64,000 nt of DNA from assembly GCA_050008535.1 (NCBI GenBank), contig JBEKML010000001.1, forward strand, positions 130,246 to 194,245, written 5' to 3'. The notes beneath the pieces are model-generated. The model was not told the DNA's origin, ran no database searches, and was given only the letters and a program-made list of their open reading frames with translations. The DNA comes from Minisyncoccia bacterium. GTDB taxonomy: Bacteria; Patescibacteriota; Minisyncoccia; UBA6257; 2-01-FULL-56-20. The position numbers and the translations under genes were made by a program. Below, piece after piece: positions 1-8,872 of the stretch; the first letter of the stretch is position 1; each line of letters starts with the position of its first letter.

Positions 1-2
1 AC

Positions 3-362
3 GCGGCAACCATCATCGCTACGGAAAACACCTACGACGAGTTCTCTGGCGATGAATTGGAAGCGATCTTCTCGGCGCTCTCCGGAGCCGGTTTCACGAA
101 CGTGGAGATCATGACCGGCATGAACGAAGCCGATGGGGTCTTGGGCGAAAACGCGCTTGCCGCCATCATCCAGGGCGCGCTCAAACACGGCGTACCAATG
201 GAGGACGTCGTTTCTTTCCTGACCAAAGAAGAGGCCGACCCCGACGACCTCGACGAGGAAATGAGCGACTTGGAGATCGGAATCCGAACGCGGGTTGACG
301 TGCTCCACGCGTTCCTGCATTCCAAGGACACCCCGGCCCCGACCCAAGAGCCCGGGAACTGA
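3..362 (+). CDS. hypothetical acidic protein, 5'-truncated by the window edge
   Basis: Frame of ORF 57..362 is open back to the window start; followed by a GC-rich hairpin; no family recognised. Confidence 0.55.
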   Translation, partial: AATIIATENTYDEFSGDELEAIFSALSGAGFTNVEIMTGMNEADGVLGENALAAIIQGALKHGVPMEDVVSFLTKEEADPDDLDEEMSDLEIGIRTRVDVLHAFLHSKDTPAPTQEPGN

Positions 363-396
363 AATCTGATCAGTGAATACACCCAGCCATGCTGGT

Positions 397-420
397 GGCC
401 CACTCCCGGAGGAGTGGGCC
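397..420. terminator. hairpin, probable terminator between convergent genes
   Basis: GGCCCACTCC-cgga-GGAGTGGGCC, perfect 10-bp stem. Confidence 0.55.
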
Positions 421-542
421 GTTCTATTTCTAGAAATCGTTTCAGAATGCTATCGGAATTATTTTGAAGAGAAAGATGTATTTATAAAATAGTAGGCCCG
501 GAGCATCCCGCCCCGGGCCACACAACAAAATCGGATCACTCC

Positions 543-917
543 TCATCGCCACGCCCCCCTGACTGTCCGCTTTTTGCCGCAAAGCGTCGAAATCTTCAAG
601 TCGACGCTCAGCCACCCCATGGAATCTACCCCCACGGAATCAAGGATGTAGAGCCATAGGATCACGGTCCGTTCGCCGACCCCTTTCCTGCCGCGGAGGT
701 CATGGAGGTCGATCCGGGCGGCGAGTTCTTTGACGTTGCGGGGCTTAAAGCGCGCGAGCGCTTGATGAAGTATGGAGGCTGCCCTGAAAAACGGGCATCC
801 CATTCGGATCAGCCTCCGCCGAGTGAAAGTGTTTCGCCCGATTTCCAGGAGAACTCCGTCCAGGTATCCGGCGAATCTCCTCCCCGCTCTTTCTTCGATT
901 CTTTGTTTCCCCCTCAT
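543..917 (-). CDS. basic hypothetical protein (124 aa) with helix-hairpin-helix / RNAP alpha-CTD-like segment
   Basis: ATG at 917 preceded by GGAGGT; segment ILHQALARFKPRNVKELAARIDLHDLRGRKGVGERTV resembles the alpha-CTD/HhH pattern. Confidence 0.6.
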   Translation of the reverse strand: MRGKQRIEERAGRRFAGYLDGVLLEIGRNTFTRRRLIRMGCPFFRAASILHQALARFKPRNVKELAARIDLHDLRGRKGVGERTVILWLYILDSVGVDSMGWLSVDLKISTLCGKKRTVRGAWR

Positions 918-1049
918 TGCCGCACCTCCCACTTCGGGATGGATGGCCTCATAGCTTGTCACCTCTTGTACGTGGAATTTTCGGAACGGCGAAGCCGCCC
1001 AAATACTGGGCATAAAAATAACATTATTTACTTGCCTAGTCAACTCTTG

Positions 1050-1124
1050 TGGGGTGCCTCACGGGAATTGAACCCGTATTGCCGCTGCCACAGAGCGGAG
1101 CTTTACCATTAAGCTAGAGGCACC
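1050..1124 (-). tRNA. tRNA-His(GUG)
   Basis: Cloverleaf: GTGCCTC/GAGGCAC acceptor, CCGCT-CTGTGGC-AGCGG anticodon arm, GGTTCAATTCC T-arm, G-1, C73 and encoded CCA. Confidence 0.97.
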
Positions 1125-1212
1125 ATTATTTCTTAACAAGTATAGCGTATTCGCTTTGACGCGTTTTTTCAAGGCCCGCGGAAATGCCGCAACGAATCTT
1201 TGTGAAAGAAGA

Positions 1213-1241
1213 TTGACCGTTTCCAGCCGTTTCTCTATAAT
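1213..1241 (+). promoter_or_regulatory. sigma70-type promoter of ftsH (near-leaderless)
   Basis: TTGACC-17 nt-TATAAT ending 8 nt before the ATG at 1250. Confidence 0.7.
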
Positions 1242-1249
1242 TCCACCAT

Positions 1250-3079
1250 ATGTCCAATCTCACTAAAAATATTCTCTGGGCGATCCTCACGCTTATTGTG
1301 ATCTCGCTGCTTTTCTCTTTTTTTGTGAACCCTCCCGCCTCACCGCAAACATTGAACTTGAACCAGCTCGTGGACAAGATCAATGCCGGCCAGGTCACGA
1401 AGGTGGTGGTGAACGGCAACGACCTCGCGGTGACACAGAAAGACGGCAGCGCCGCCGTTTCCAAGAAAGAAAGCGAATCGGGAATTTCGGAGACCCTGAA
1501 AAATCTTGGCGTGAACCCGACGGCGCTCCAGGGCGTCGATCTTGAGGTGCAGGAACAGTCGGGCTGGCAGTTCTGGGCCGGGATCCTGATCCCCACGCTT
1601 CTCCCGCTCATTGCCATCGGATTCTTTTTCTGGCTCATGTTCCGCCAGGCGCGCACAGGCGTGAATCAGGCGTTCAATTTCGGCCGGTCAAACCTGCGGC
1701 TTTCCACCTTTAAAGACAAGGTTCTTTTCAAAGATGTCGCCGGCCTGAAAGAAGCGAAGGAAGAGCTTATTGAGGTCGTCGATTTCTTAAAAAATCCTAA
1801 AAAGTTCCTTGACTTGGGCGCACGGATCCCCCGCGGGATCCTGCTTATGGGACTGCCGGGGACGGGGAAAACGCTCGTTGCGCGCGCGGTCGCGGGCGAG
1901 AGCGGCGTACCGTTCTTTTATATCTCCGCATCGGAGTTCGTTGAAATGTTCGTGGGCGTGGGCGCCTCGCGCACGCGTGACGCCTTCATGACGGCCAAGC
2001 GCGCTGCTCCCGCGATCCTTTTTCTTGACGAGATCGATGCGGTCGGCCGCCAGCGCGGCGCGGGCCTGGGCGGCGGGAACGACGAGCGCGAACAAACGCT
2101 CAACCAGATCCTTGTTGAGATGGACGGGTTTGACCGCGACACGCGCGTGATCGTCCTCGCCGCCACGAATCGCCCGGATATTTTGGATCCTGCGCTTCTC
2201 CGTCCCGGCCGGTTTGACCGGCGCGTCATTCTTGACCTTCCCGACCTGAACGACCGCGAAGCGATCCTCAAGATCCACGCCGAAGGAAAATTGATCGAGA
2301 AAAACGTGTCTCTCCGCAAGGTGGCCGTCCGCACCCCGGGATTCTCCGGCGCCGATCTTGCAAATCTCATGAACGAGGCGGCGATCATCGCCGCGCGGCG
2401 CGGAAAGAAGATCATCGGCCAGGATGAATTTTTTGAAGCGGCGGAGAAAGTGATCCTCGGTCCCGAACGTAAGAGCCGCGTCATCTCGCCGAAAGAAAAA
2501 GAGATCACCGCCTACCACGAAGGCGGCCACGCGCTCGTTGCCGCAGCCGTGAAGAACGCCGACCCCGTGCAGAAAGTTTCCATCATCAGCCGCGGCTTTG
2601 CCGGCGGATACACCATGAAGCTTCCCACCGAGGACCAGCACATAAAGACCCGTAGCCAGTTCCTTGCCGACCTTGCCATGATGATGGGCGGCTATGCATC
2701 GGAAAAATTGACCTTCGGCGAGATGTCCACTGGCGCGTCAAACGACCTTAAAGAGGCATCTGAACTCGCGCGGCGGCTCGTGACGAAATACGGCATGAGC
2801 GATCTTGGCCCCGTGACCTTCGGCAAGACCGAGGAACTCATCTTCCTTGGCCGCGAGATCACCGCAGAAAGAAATTATTCCGAAAAAGTGGCGGCGGAGA
2901 TAGACGCGCACGTGCACGGCTTCATCTCGCGCGCATATGACATTGCGGAAAAGATCCTCAGGGCGCACAAGCCGGCGCTCAAAAAAATAGCGGAGACCCT
3001 TATTCAGAAAGAGACGCTGGAACAGGAGGAATTCTACGGTCTTTTGAAGCCGTTCAAGATAAAACCGATCGCGGCGTAG
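1250..3079 (+). CDS. ftsH: ATP-dependent zinc metalloprotease FtsH
   Basis: Two N-terminal TM helices, Walker [32 protein letters not shown] zinc motif. Confidence 0.98.
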   Translation: MSNLTKNILWAILTLIVISLLFSFFVNPPASPQTLNLNQLVDKINAGQVTKVVVNGNDLAVTQKDGSAAVSKKESESGISETLKNLGVNPTALQGVDLEVQEQSGWQFWAGILIPTLLPLIAIGFFFWLMFRQARTGVNQAFNFGRSNLRLSTFKDKVLFKDVAGLKEAKEELIEVVDFLKNPKKFLDLGARIPRGILLMGLPGTGKTLVARAVAGESGVPFFYISASEFVEMFVGVGASRTRDAFMTAKRAAPAILFLDEIDAVGRQRGAGLGGGNDEREQTLNQILVEMDGFDRDTRVIVLAATNRPDILDPALLRPGRFDRRVILDLPDLNDREAILKIHAEGKLIEKNVSLRKVAVRTPGFSGADLANLMNEAAIIAARRGKKIIGQDEFFEAAEKVILGPERKSRVISPKEKEITAYHEGGHALVAAAVKNADPVQKVSIISRGFAGGYTMKLPTEDQHIKTRSQFLADLAMMMGGYASEKLTFGEMSTGASNDLKEASELARRLVTKYGMSDLGPVTFGKTEELIFLGREITAERNYSEKVAAEIDAHVHGFISRAYDIAEKILRAHKPALKKIAETLIQKETLEQEEFYGLLKPFKIKPIAA

Positions 3080-3167
3080 AATAGAAGCCGATAAATAATT
3101 TCTTTATTTGATATAATAGAAGGGTGCGTAAAGGCCGACCCCGGGTTGGGTTTACAACTATCTATTT

Positions 3168-3383
3168 ATGAAAGCACTCCATATCATCGCATTCATCCTG
3201 CTCGTTGTTGGCGGCTTGAACTGGCTCCTTGTCGCATTCGGCTGGAATCTCGTTGACGCTATTTTCGGAGTGGGTTCCATGCTCTCGCGCATAATCTATG
3301 TGCTCGTGGGCCTCGCTGCGCTCGTTGAGCTTTTTGGGCACAAGAAGAACTGCAGGACCTGCACCGCCGGAAGCGCGATGTAA
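3168..3383 (+). CDS. DUF378-family small membrane protein
   Basis: LLVVGGLNWLL...NLVDAIFG...RIIYVLVGLAA pattern. Confidence 0.88.
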   Translation: MKALHIIAFILLVVGGLNWLLVAFGWNLVDAIFGVGSMLSRIIYVLVGLAALVELFGHKKNCRTCTAGSAM

Positions 3384-3398
3384 TATAAAGCAAATACA

Positions 3399-3434
3399 GA
3401 AAAACGGCTCCCGCTCGGACGAGGGCCGTTTTTC
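3399..3434. terminator. bidirectional intrinsic terminator
   Basis: GAAAAACGGCTC...GGGCCGTTTTTC between convergent genes. Confidence 0.7.
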
Positions 3435-3446
3435 TTTTTAAAGTTT

Positions 3447-3974
3447 TTAAAACTCCACCGTAATCGTCCCGTCCTCCCCTTTTTGAAACGGATGTTTTAT
3501 CTCCCTCATTTCCGTCACAAGATCGGCGGCATCAATAAATTCCTGCGGCGCGTTGCGGCCGCTTAGAATCAAAATTTTGTCTTTGGGAAAATCCTTCACC
3601 GCGCCGAGCACCTTCTCCGCCGTCAAAAGCCCGAGCGAAACCGCCACATTTACCTCGTCAAGCACCGTGAGGTGCCACGTGCCCGAATCCTTTTCCCGGA
3701 CGAACGCCGCGAGTGCCTCCCGTGCCGCTTCTTTGTGTTTTTCAATCGGCAGCTTGTCGCCCAAAATCCCCACGAACCCCAGCCCCATTTTCCGTATTTG
3801 GAATTTTTCCTTTGGAATATTGAATTGCTTCGCAAATTCGTCTTCCCCGGAGATCCACGGTCCTTTGATGAACTGGATCATGAGCGCCGCCTTCCCCCGC
3901 CCCAAAACCCGCATCATCTGGCCCAGCGATGCCGTCGTTTTTCCCTTCCCGTCGCCCGTAAAAACAATGATCAT
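3447..3974 (-). CDS. cobO: cob(I)alamin adenosyltransferase, CobO/BtuR/CobA family
   Basis: FTGDGKGKTTA, QFIKG, LDEVNVA, LSGRNAP, ADLVTEMREIKHPF; start reset to ATG 3974 in ATGA overlap with upstream stop. Confidence 0.92.
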   Translation of the reverse strand: MIIVFTGDGKGKTTASLGQMMRVLGRGKAALMIQFIKGPWISGEDEFAKQFNIPKEKFQIRKMGLGFVGILGDKLPIEKHKEAAREALAAFVREKDSGTWHLTVLDEVNVAVSLGLLTAEKVLGAVKDFPKDKILILSGRNAPQEFIDAADLVTEMREIKHPFQKGEDGTITVEF

Positions 3975-4273
3975 TCCTTCCGCCGCCTTTCTCTCGCCGT
4001 GATCTTTTTCCCCAGCCATACCGAAACCGCCGCGGCAAGCACGGTAATGATCACGGCATAGGAAAGCTGCTCCCAAAGCGAGCCCGCGCCGCCGAACAGG
4101 TTCTCAAACAGATGTTTCAAGGCGTCGTCCCACGCAAGCGCCGCGATCAATCCCAGCGCCGCGATGACAAGCGTCACGATCCGCTCGCCAACGTGCGATT
4201 GCACGCGGTCCAGTTCATATTTTTCCCAAAATTTTTCCAACTCGGAGATTTCCGTTTTTTCCCTCGGGTCCAT
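3971..4273 (-). CDS. DUF5654-like small membrane protein
   Basis: LVIAALGLIAALAWDDA...SYAVIITVLA pattern. Confidence 0.8.
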   Translation of the reverse strand: MDPREKTEISELEKFWEKYELDRVQSHVGERIVTLVIAALGLIAALAWDDALKHLFENLFGGAGSLWEQLSYAVIITVLAAAVSVWLGKKITARERRRKE

Positions 4274-4312
4274 GAAAAAATGATAGCATCATCCGTGCGG
4301 GTTGAGAATATG

Positions 4313-4384
4313 TGGGCGCGGTAGGATTCGAACCTACAACCGGACGTGTATAAGACGTCTGCTCTGCCGTTGAGCTACGCGCCC
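4313..4384 (-). tRNA. tRNA-Ile(UAU)
   Basis: GGGCGCG/CGCGCCC acceptor, A73, GACGT-CTTATAC-ACGTC anticodon arm (anticodon TAT), GGTTCGAATCC T-arm; CCA not encoded. Confidence 0.93.
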
Positions 4385-4389
4385 GTCGG

Positions 4390-4983
4390 TTACTTGCCTA
4401 CTATAGCATCAAACCGGTCCATTGCCTGCCCGGCTTGACTGTTGAAATTGTTGATCGCGTTCACGTCGGTATTGATCTGGTTCACGAGCGCCTGCACCTC
4501 CACGTTTGTGCCCCCCTGTCCCGTAAAACGATTGCGGAGCACATCAAGAAGTTTCCCCAGGTCGGCACTGTAATTAATAAGCTGATTGATAAGCGCCAAC
4601 CGGTTGGAAATGGATTCCAGCGCCGCCTGCCGCGCATTGAAATCGGAAATTTCGGAAAGCGCTTTTGTCATCTGCCCGACCTGCGCCGAAAGCTCCACCG
4701 CTTGATCGCGGATCTGTTGGCTCTGGGCAACAAGGCCGGTCGTAAGCGTAAGCGCGTTCGCATAATCCTGTTTTTGATCAAGTGTGTTCACTTGTTCCAG
4801 AGAAACCATTGATTGGTTGGAAAGATTCACAATGTTTTGCGCAATGATGGCGCCCTGCATGCGCGCATCAACAAAATCCTGCGGAACGCCGCCTTTTCCC
4901 TGCGTAAACCAGACGACAACATAGCCCAAAATCACAACAGCCGCGAAGGTCACGATAACTTTTGTCCGGCGGGAACCAAGCAT
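4390..4983 (-). CDS. membrane-anchored coiled-coil hypothetical protein
   Basis: One N-terminal TM helix followed by Q/N/L-rich heptad helices. Confidence 0.8.
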   Translation of the reverse strand: MLGSRRTKVIVTFAAVVILGYVVVWFTQGKGGVPQDFVDARMQGAIIAQNIVNLSNQSMVSLEQVNTLDQKQDYANALTLTTGLVAQSQQIRDQAVELSAQVGQMTKALSEISDFNARQAALESISNRLALINQLINYSADLGKLLDVLRNRFTGQGGTNVEVQALVNQINTDVNAINNFNSQAGQAMDRFDAIVGK

Positions 4984-5116
4984 TTGATTACATCATTTTT
5001 ACCAGAAAATCTTGAAAATGGCAAGTGAAAATGCTACTTTATTACTACGTTCCGGACACCGGCAAAGGTGCGCGAACGCAATGATAAAATGCGCGAGCGC
5101 AACCACGGCGCCCCGC

Positions 5117-5187
5117 GCGGGTATCGTATAACGGCATTACCGCAGGTTTCCAACCTGCTGACAGGGGTTCGACTCCCCTTACCCGCT
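5117..5187 (+). tRNA. tRNA-Gly(UCC)
   Basis: GCGGGTA/TACCCGC acceptor, U73, GCAGG-TTTCCAA-CCTGC anticodon arm, GGTTCGACTCC. Confidence 0.96.
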
Positions 5188-5262
5188 CACTCACCGCAAG
5201 AAGCACTAAGGTTTGACGAGTTGCTTTATTGGGACTATATAAAGAATAGGAGGTAAACGCTC

Positions 5263-6012
5263 ATGCGTTTCGGTCGGTCCATTGCAATAGCGGTAGCCGC
5301 GAGCGCGGTTGCTGTGCTGTTCTTTTACCCCGTGATGGTGGCTGGCGGCGGAATCCACGAGGGCACAGAGGTCAAACCGATCTTAATCTCGTGGGATTGC
5401 GGGCGGCTTCGGGTTGAGGCGGCCGGACGGCTGCTTGATGAGAACAAGCCCGTGCCGACAGAGGAAGAGGCCCCCTATGCCACCCTGAGCTACGTTATCG
5501 ACATGGACAGAAGAACCATGTCCGACGGGCGCACAGAAGAGAGCTTCTCTCCCCAAGAGGCGGGGATCATCCGCCCGTTCCTGAACATCGCGGAGCGGTA
5601 CTTCGGGGATGTACTTGGAGAACCCCCCACGAGCTTCGCGTGGTCCCCGGATGTCGGGCCGGTCGCCAAGGTTACAACAAAGGGAGGCGAGGCCCTCATC
5701 AATTTTCAAGCTTCAATGATGATCAAGGGGAAAGCGTCACAGCCAGAGCGCATCACCGCGTACGGCAACCACACGGTGTGGATCGCCATAAACGCAGTGC
5801 AAGTCTACTGCATGGAATCGGTTGAATGGTGGATCAATCAGCGGGGACACGCCCCTTCCCTGCCCTCGCCGCGGCTACGCCGGCACAAACCGTCGACGCC
5901 CGAAGAACCACCGCCCGCCGAGGTGCTGCCTAATCGAATCAGCGGCACCGCGCGTGGTGCTGTTCACTTCCGCCCCAGGACTCTCTGGGGCGGTCTTCTT
6001 TGTAAAAAGTAG
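5263..6012 (+). CDS. exported/membrane-anchored hypothetical protein
   Basis: Strong AGGAGGT SD, N-terminal hydrophobic signal, Pro-rich tail. Confidence 0.75.
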   Translation: MRFGRSIAIAVAASAVAVLFFYPVMVAGGGIHEGTEVKPILISWDCGRLRVEAAGRLLDENKPVPTEEEAPYATLSYVIDMDRRTMSDGRTEESFSPQEAGIIRPFLNIAERYFGDVLGEPPTSFAWSPDVGPVAKVTTKGGEALINFQASMMIKGKASQPERITAYGNHTVWIAINAVQVYCMESVEWWINQRGHAPSLPSPRLRRHKPSTPEEPPPAEVLPNRISGTARGAVHFRPRTLWGGLLCKK

Positions 6013-6077
6013 AGGTCGGTTTCCCATCCACCCATTTACAAACGAAACGCGCGGGACCGATCGTGGCCCCGCGCTGT

Positions 6078-6674
6078 CTATCCCGCCCTTCGTTCATCTT
6101 GTCTTCGCCACAGCGGAACGTCTCTTGCCCTTTGCTGTAGCGCACTTCTTGCAGTGTCGATGGCTTGCCTCGTTTTACCGAGACTCAATCCAATCTGCGC
6201 AGCGATCTCCCCACACGGCCTCCCTTCTACCTCGTGCTGGAAGAAGGCAAACCTCCCGTAATTAGGGATGTTGTGGAGGCGGAAGACGCGGCCCACAAAG
6301 GCCTGTTCGCTCCCATTCCCAAAAGAAATCTTGCGCGGCGGCTCAACGGAAAGCCCGCGTTCTTCCTCGCGAAACAGGGTGGTCTCGGTGTGGTTATCGT
6401 ATTTCCTTCGCCAGCGAGTTTTGCGCTCGCCATTCAGGATATTTCGGGCAATCTTGAACACCCACGCCTCAAACGCCCCCTGGCTATCGCCGAAAAACAG
6501 ATGTTGTTTTTCGAACGCCCGCAGGAAAGTCGCCTGCACGAGATCTTCGGCGGTCGCATTGAGATCTACTCTCCAACGCTCCCGCCACATCACCCTCGTA
6601 AACATCCGCCATAGCGCTCTCCTCCTCGTTTCAAAGCAGAGGACGAGCGCCGTTTCAAAATCAAACTCTTGCAT
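6078..6674 (-). CDS. ECF-type sigma70 factor (divergent)
   Basis: Region 2 AEDLVQATFLRAF...FEAWVFKIARN and region 4-like EGRPCGEIAAQIGLSLGKTRQAIDTAR; GGAGG SD. Confidence 0.85.
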   Translation of the reverse strand: MQEFDFETALVLCFETRRRALWRMFTRVMWRERWRVDLNATAEDLVQATFLRAFEKQHLFFGDSQGAFEAWVFKIARNILNGERKTRWRRKYDNHTETTLFREEERGLSVEPPRKISFGNGSEQAFVGRVFRLHNIPNYGRFAFFQHEVEGRPCGEIAAQIGLSLGKTRQAIDTARSALQQRARDVPLWRRQDERRAG

Positions 6675-6710
6675 TCGTCCTCCCCTCCCAAGGAGTTAAC
6701 AGCTGGGATA

Positions 6711-6739
6711 AAAGTACATTACAATAATGACCCCGTCAA
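6711..6739 (-). promoter_or_regulatory. sigma70-type promoter of the ECF gene
   Basis: TTGACG-17 nt-TACTTT on the minus strand. Confidence 0.55.
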
Positions 6740-6948
6740 GTAAATTCGCTGGTTATTAAAAGCAAATCACCCAGGTCGCAAGGACGAGGGTGGTTTGATG
6801 AAACTGCGCTTAATCTGCGCGTGATGGCCTGGCCGGCCAACATTCCGGATAATGCCGGATAAAGAAAGTATGATGATGACGAATCAACTACTTTTAGTTT
6901 ATCGCTACAGAAAGCCCCGTCAAACACATTCTGTGGACAACCTCTGGA

Positions 6949-8154
6949 TTACCTTATTTTAAGCCGAAAAAGGTGTCGTTTGCCGAGCCGCACCACTTCG
7001 CCGCCAGCAAGCAAAATGTCCTCCTGTGGTTTCTTTTTGGTTTCTCCATTGATATCAAATCCACCCTGTTCAATAAGGCGCCGCGCATCGCTTTTGCTTC
7101 CCACTACGCCCGAGGCGAGTACAAGATCAAGTGCCGTCATCGTTCGCGTTTTAAGCACAAGCTCCGGAAGATCGCTGGGGATCTCTTTTTTTGAAAATAC
7201 TTTCTCAAAATGTTCCTGCGCGAGCCGTGCCGCTTTTTCGTCGTGAATTTTCTTGACGATCTCAAAAGCCACCTTCGCTTTCGCCTGTCGCGGTCCCGTC
7301 CTCAAAATGTTTTTAATTTCGTTGAGTGGGACGCGGGTACAATTCACCAAAAGGACCTCTATCATTTCGTCGGGCTGCGCCATAATCGCTCCGTACATTT
7401 CTTCCGGCAGGGAAGAAAGAAAAACGCCGGTGCCGCGGCTTTTTGACATCAACTCCCCCGTTTTTGGATTCTCCATCAAATTCACCGCAACCACGAATTT
7501 TTCCTTATTCTTCAGGCGTCCCAGAAGAGTGCGACCGGCGAGCGCATTAAAAATTTGATCGGTGCCGCATAGCTCAATGTCAGTATCAAGCGCAACGCTG
7601 TCGTATCCCTGCATGAGAGGATATAAAAACTCGTTGAGATGGATTGGTATATTCTCTTTTATGCGCTTTTCAAACATATCCCTCTTCACCATCTGTTGGA
7701 CGGTGAAATACGCCGCGAGTTCAATGACCTCCTCAAGAGAAAGCTTGGAAAGCCATTGGCTATTGTAGACGAGGCGGGGCGGATTTTTTTTGTCGTTAAA
7801 ATCCAGAAGGTTCTTTATTTGCGGGATCCATGCCTTCACGTTCTTTTCCACTTCCGCCTTGCTCATCCTTTTCCTTGCGCCGGAGCGCTCGCTCGGATCC
7901 CCAATCCGCGCGGTAAAGTCGCCGACAAGAAAAATGGCCTCGTGCCCCAGTTGCCGGAATTCTTCCAAGAGCATCAAATTTTTAGCGTGGCTCAAGTGCA
8001 GCGCTGGGCTGGTTGGATCAAATCCAATATAGATCCTCAGGCGTTCCCCCGACAGCATCTTTTTCAGCAGATCGTTTTGAACGGGAAGAACTTCCTTAAT
8101 GATGCCCCGATCAAATATTTCAGCGATTCTTTTTTTGTTGGTGATCACCCCCAT
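6949..8154 (-). CDS. tyrS: tyrosyl-tRNA synthetase
   Basis: YIGFDPT, HLSH (HIGH-like), YPLMQGYD, GTDQ, LMSKS, C-terminal S4 domain. Confidence 0.97.
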   Translation of the reverse strand: MGVITNKKRIAEIFDRGIIKEVLPVQNDLLKKMLSGERLRIYIGFDPTSPALHLSHAKNLMLLEEFRQLGHEAIFLVGDFTARIGDPSERSGARKRMSKAEVEKNVKAWIPQIKNLLDFNDKKNPPRLVYNSQWLSKLSLEEVIELAAYFTVQQMVKRDMFEKRIKENIPIHLNEFLYPLMQGYDSVALDTDIELCGTDQIFNALAGRTLLGRLKNKEKFVVAVNLMENPKTGELMSKSRGTGVFLSSLPEEMYGAIMAQPDEMIEVLLVNCTRVPLNEIKNILRTGPRQAKAKVAFEIVKKIHDEKAARLAQEHFEKVFSKKEIPSDLPELVLKTRTMTALDLVLASGVVGSKSDARRLIEQGGFDINGETKKKPQEDILLAGGEVVRLGKRHLFRLKIR

Positions 8155-8184
8155 ATGTTCAAGTATAAATCAAAACCTGCCCTA

Positions 8185-8215
8185 ACAACAAAGTTCTCTT
8201 CGAGAACTTTGTTGT
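8185..8215. terminator. perfect 14-bp hairpin between clpP and tyrS
   Basis: ACAACAAAGTTCTC-ttc-GAGAACTTTGTTGT. Confidence 0.55.
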
Positions 8216-8237
8216 GCGCGCCATCGTTCCCCAAGCC

Positions 8238-8849
8238 TTATTTCCCCTCCTGCTTTGCGTTCTTGATGATCTCGTCGATCACGCCGTAGGTCTTCGCCTC
8301 GTCGGCGGAAAGCCAAAAGTCGCGGTCGGTGTCCTTTTCGATCTTGGAAAGTGGTTGCCCGGTGTGTTTCGAAAGCAGTTCGTTGAGCTGCTGCTTGGTC
8401 TTCACGATCTGTTTGGCCGCGATCTCAATCTCGATCGCCTGCCCTTCCGCGCCGCCCATCACCTGGTGGAGCAGGATCTGCGAATTCGGCAGTACGAACC
8501 GCTTCCCCTTCTGCCCGGCCGCGAGCAGGAATGCGCCCATGGACGCCGCGATCCCCACGCACATCGTTGAAACGTCCGCTCCCACGTATTGCATGGTGTC
8601 GTAGATCGCCATGCCGGCCGTGACCGAGCCGCCCGGACTATTAATATAGAGCTTGATGTCTTTCTTTTGGTCCTCGTGGTCAAGAAAGAGAAGCTGCGCG
8701 ATCACGGTGTTCGCCACTGCATCGTTGATCGACCCGCCCAAAAAGATAATGCGTTCCTTAAGCAGGCGCGAATAGATGTCATATGCGCGCTCGCCGTACT
8801 GCGACTTCTCAATAACCGTCGGGATTAGATATTGGTTTTCTGGTTCCAT
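8238..8849 (-). CDS. clpP: ATP-dependent Clp protease proteolytic subunit
   Basis: [38 protein letters not shown]. Confidence 0.98.
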   Translation of the reverse strand: MEPENQYLIPTVIEKSQYGERAYDIYSRLLKERIIFLGGSINDAVANTVIAQLLFLDHEDQKKDIKLYINSPGGSVTAGMAIYDTMQYVGADVSTMCVGIAASMGAFLLAAGQKGKRFVLPNSQILLHQVMGGAEGQAIEIEIAAKQIVKTKQQLNELLSKHTGQPLSKIEKDTDRDFWLSADEAKTYGVIDEIIKNAKQEGK

Positions 8850-8872
8850 GTTTTTTGTATTATAGCGCTATT

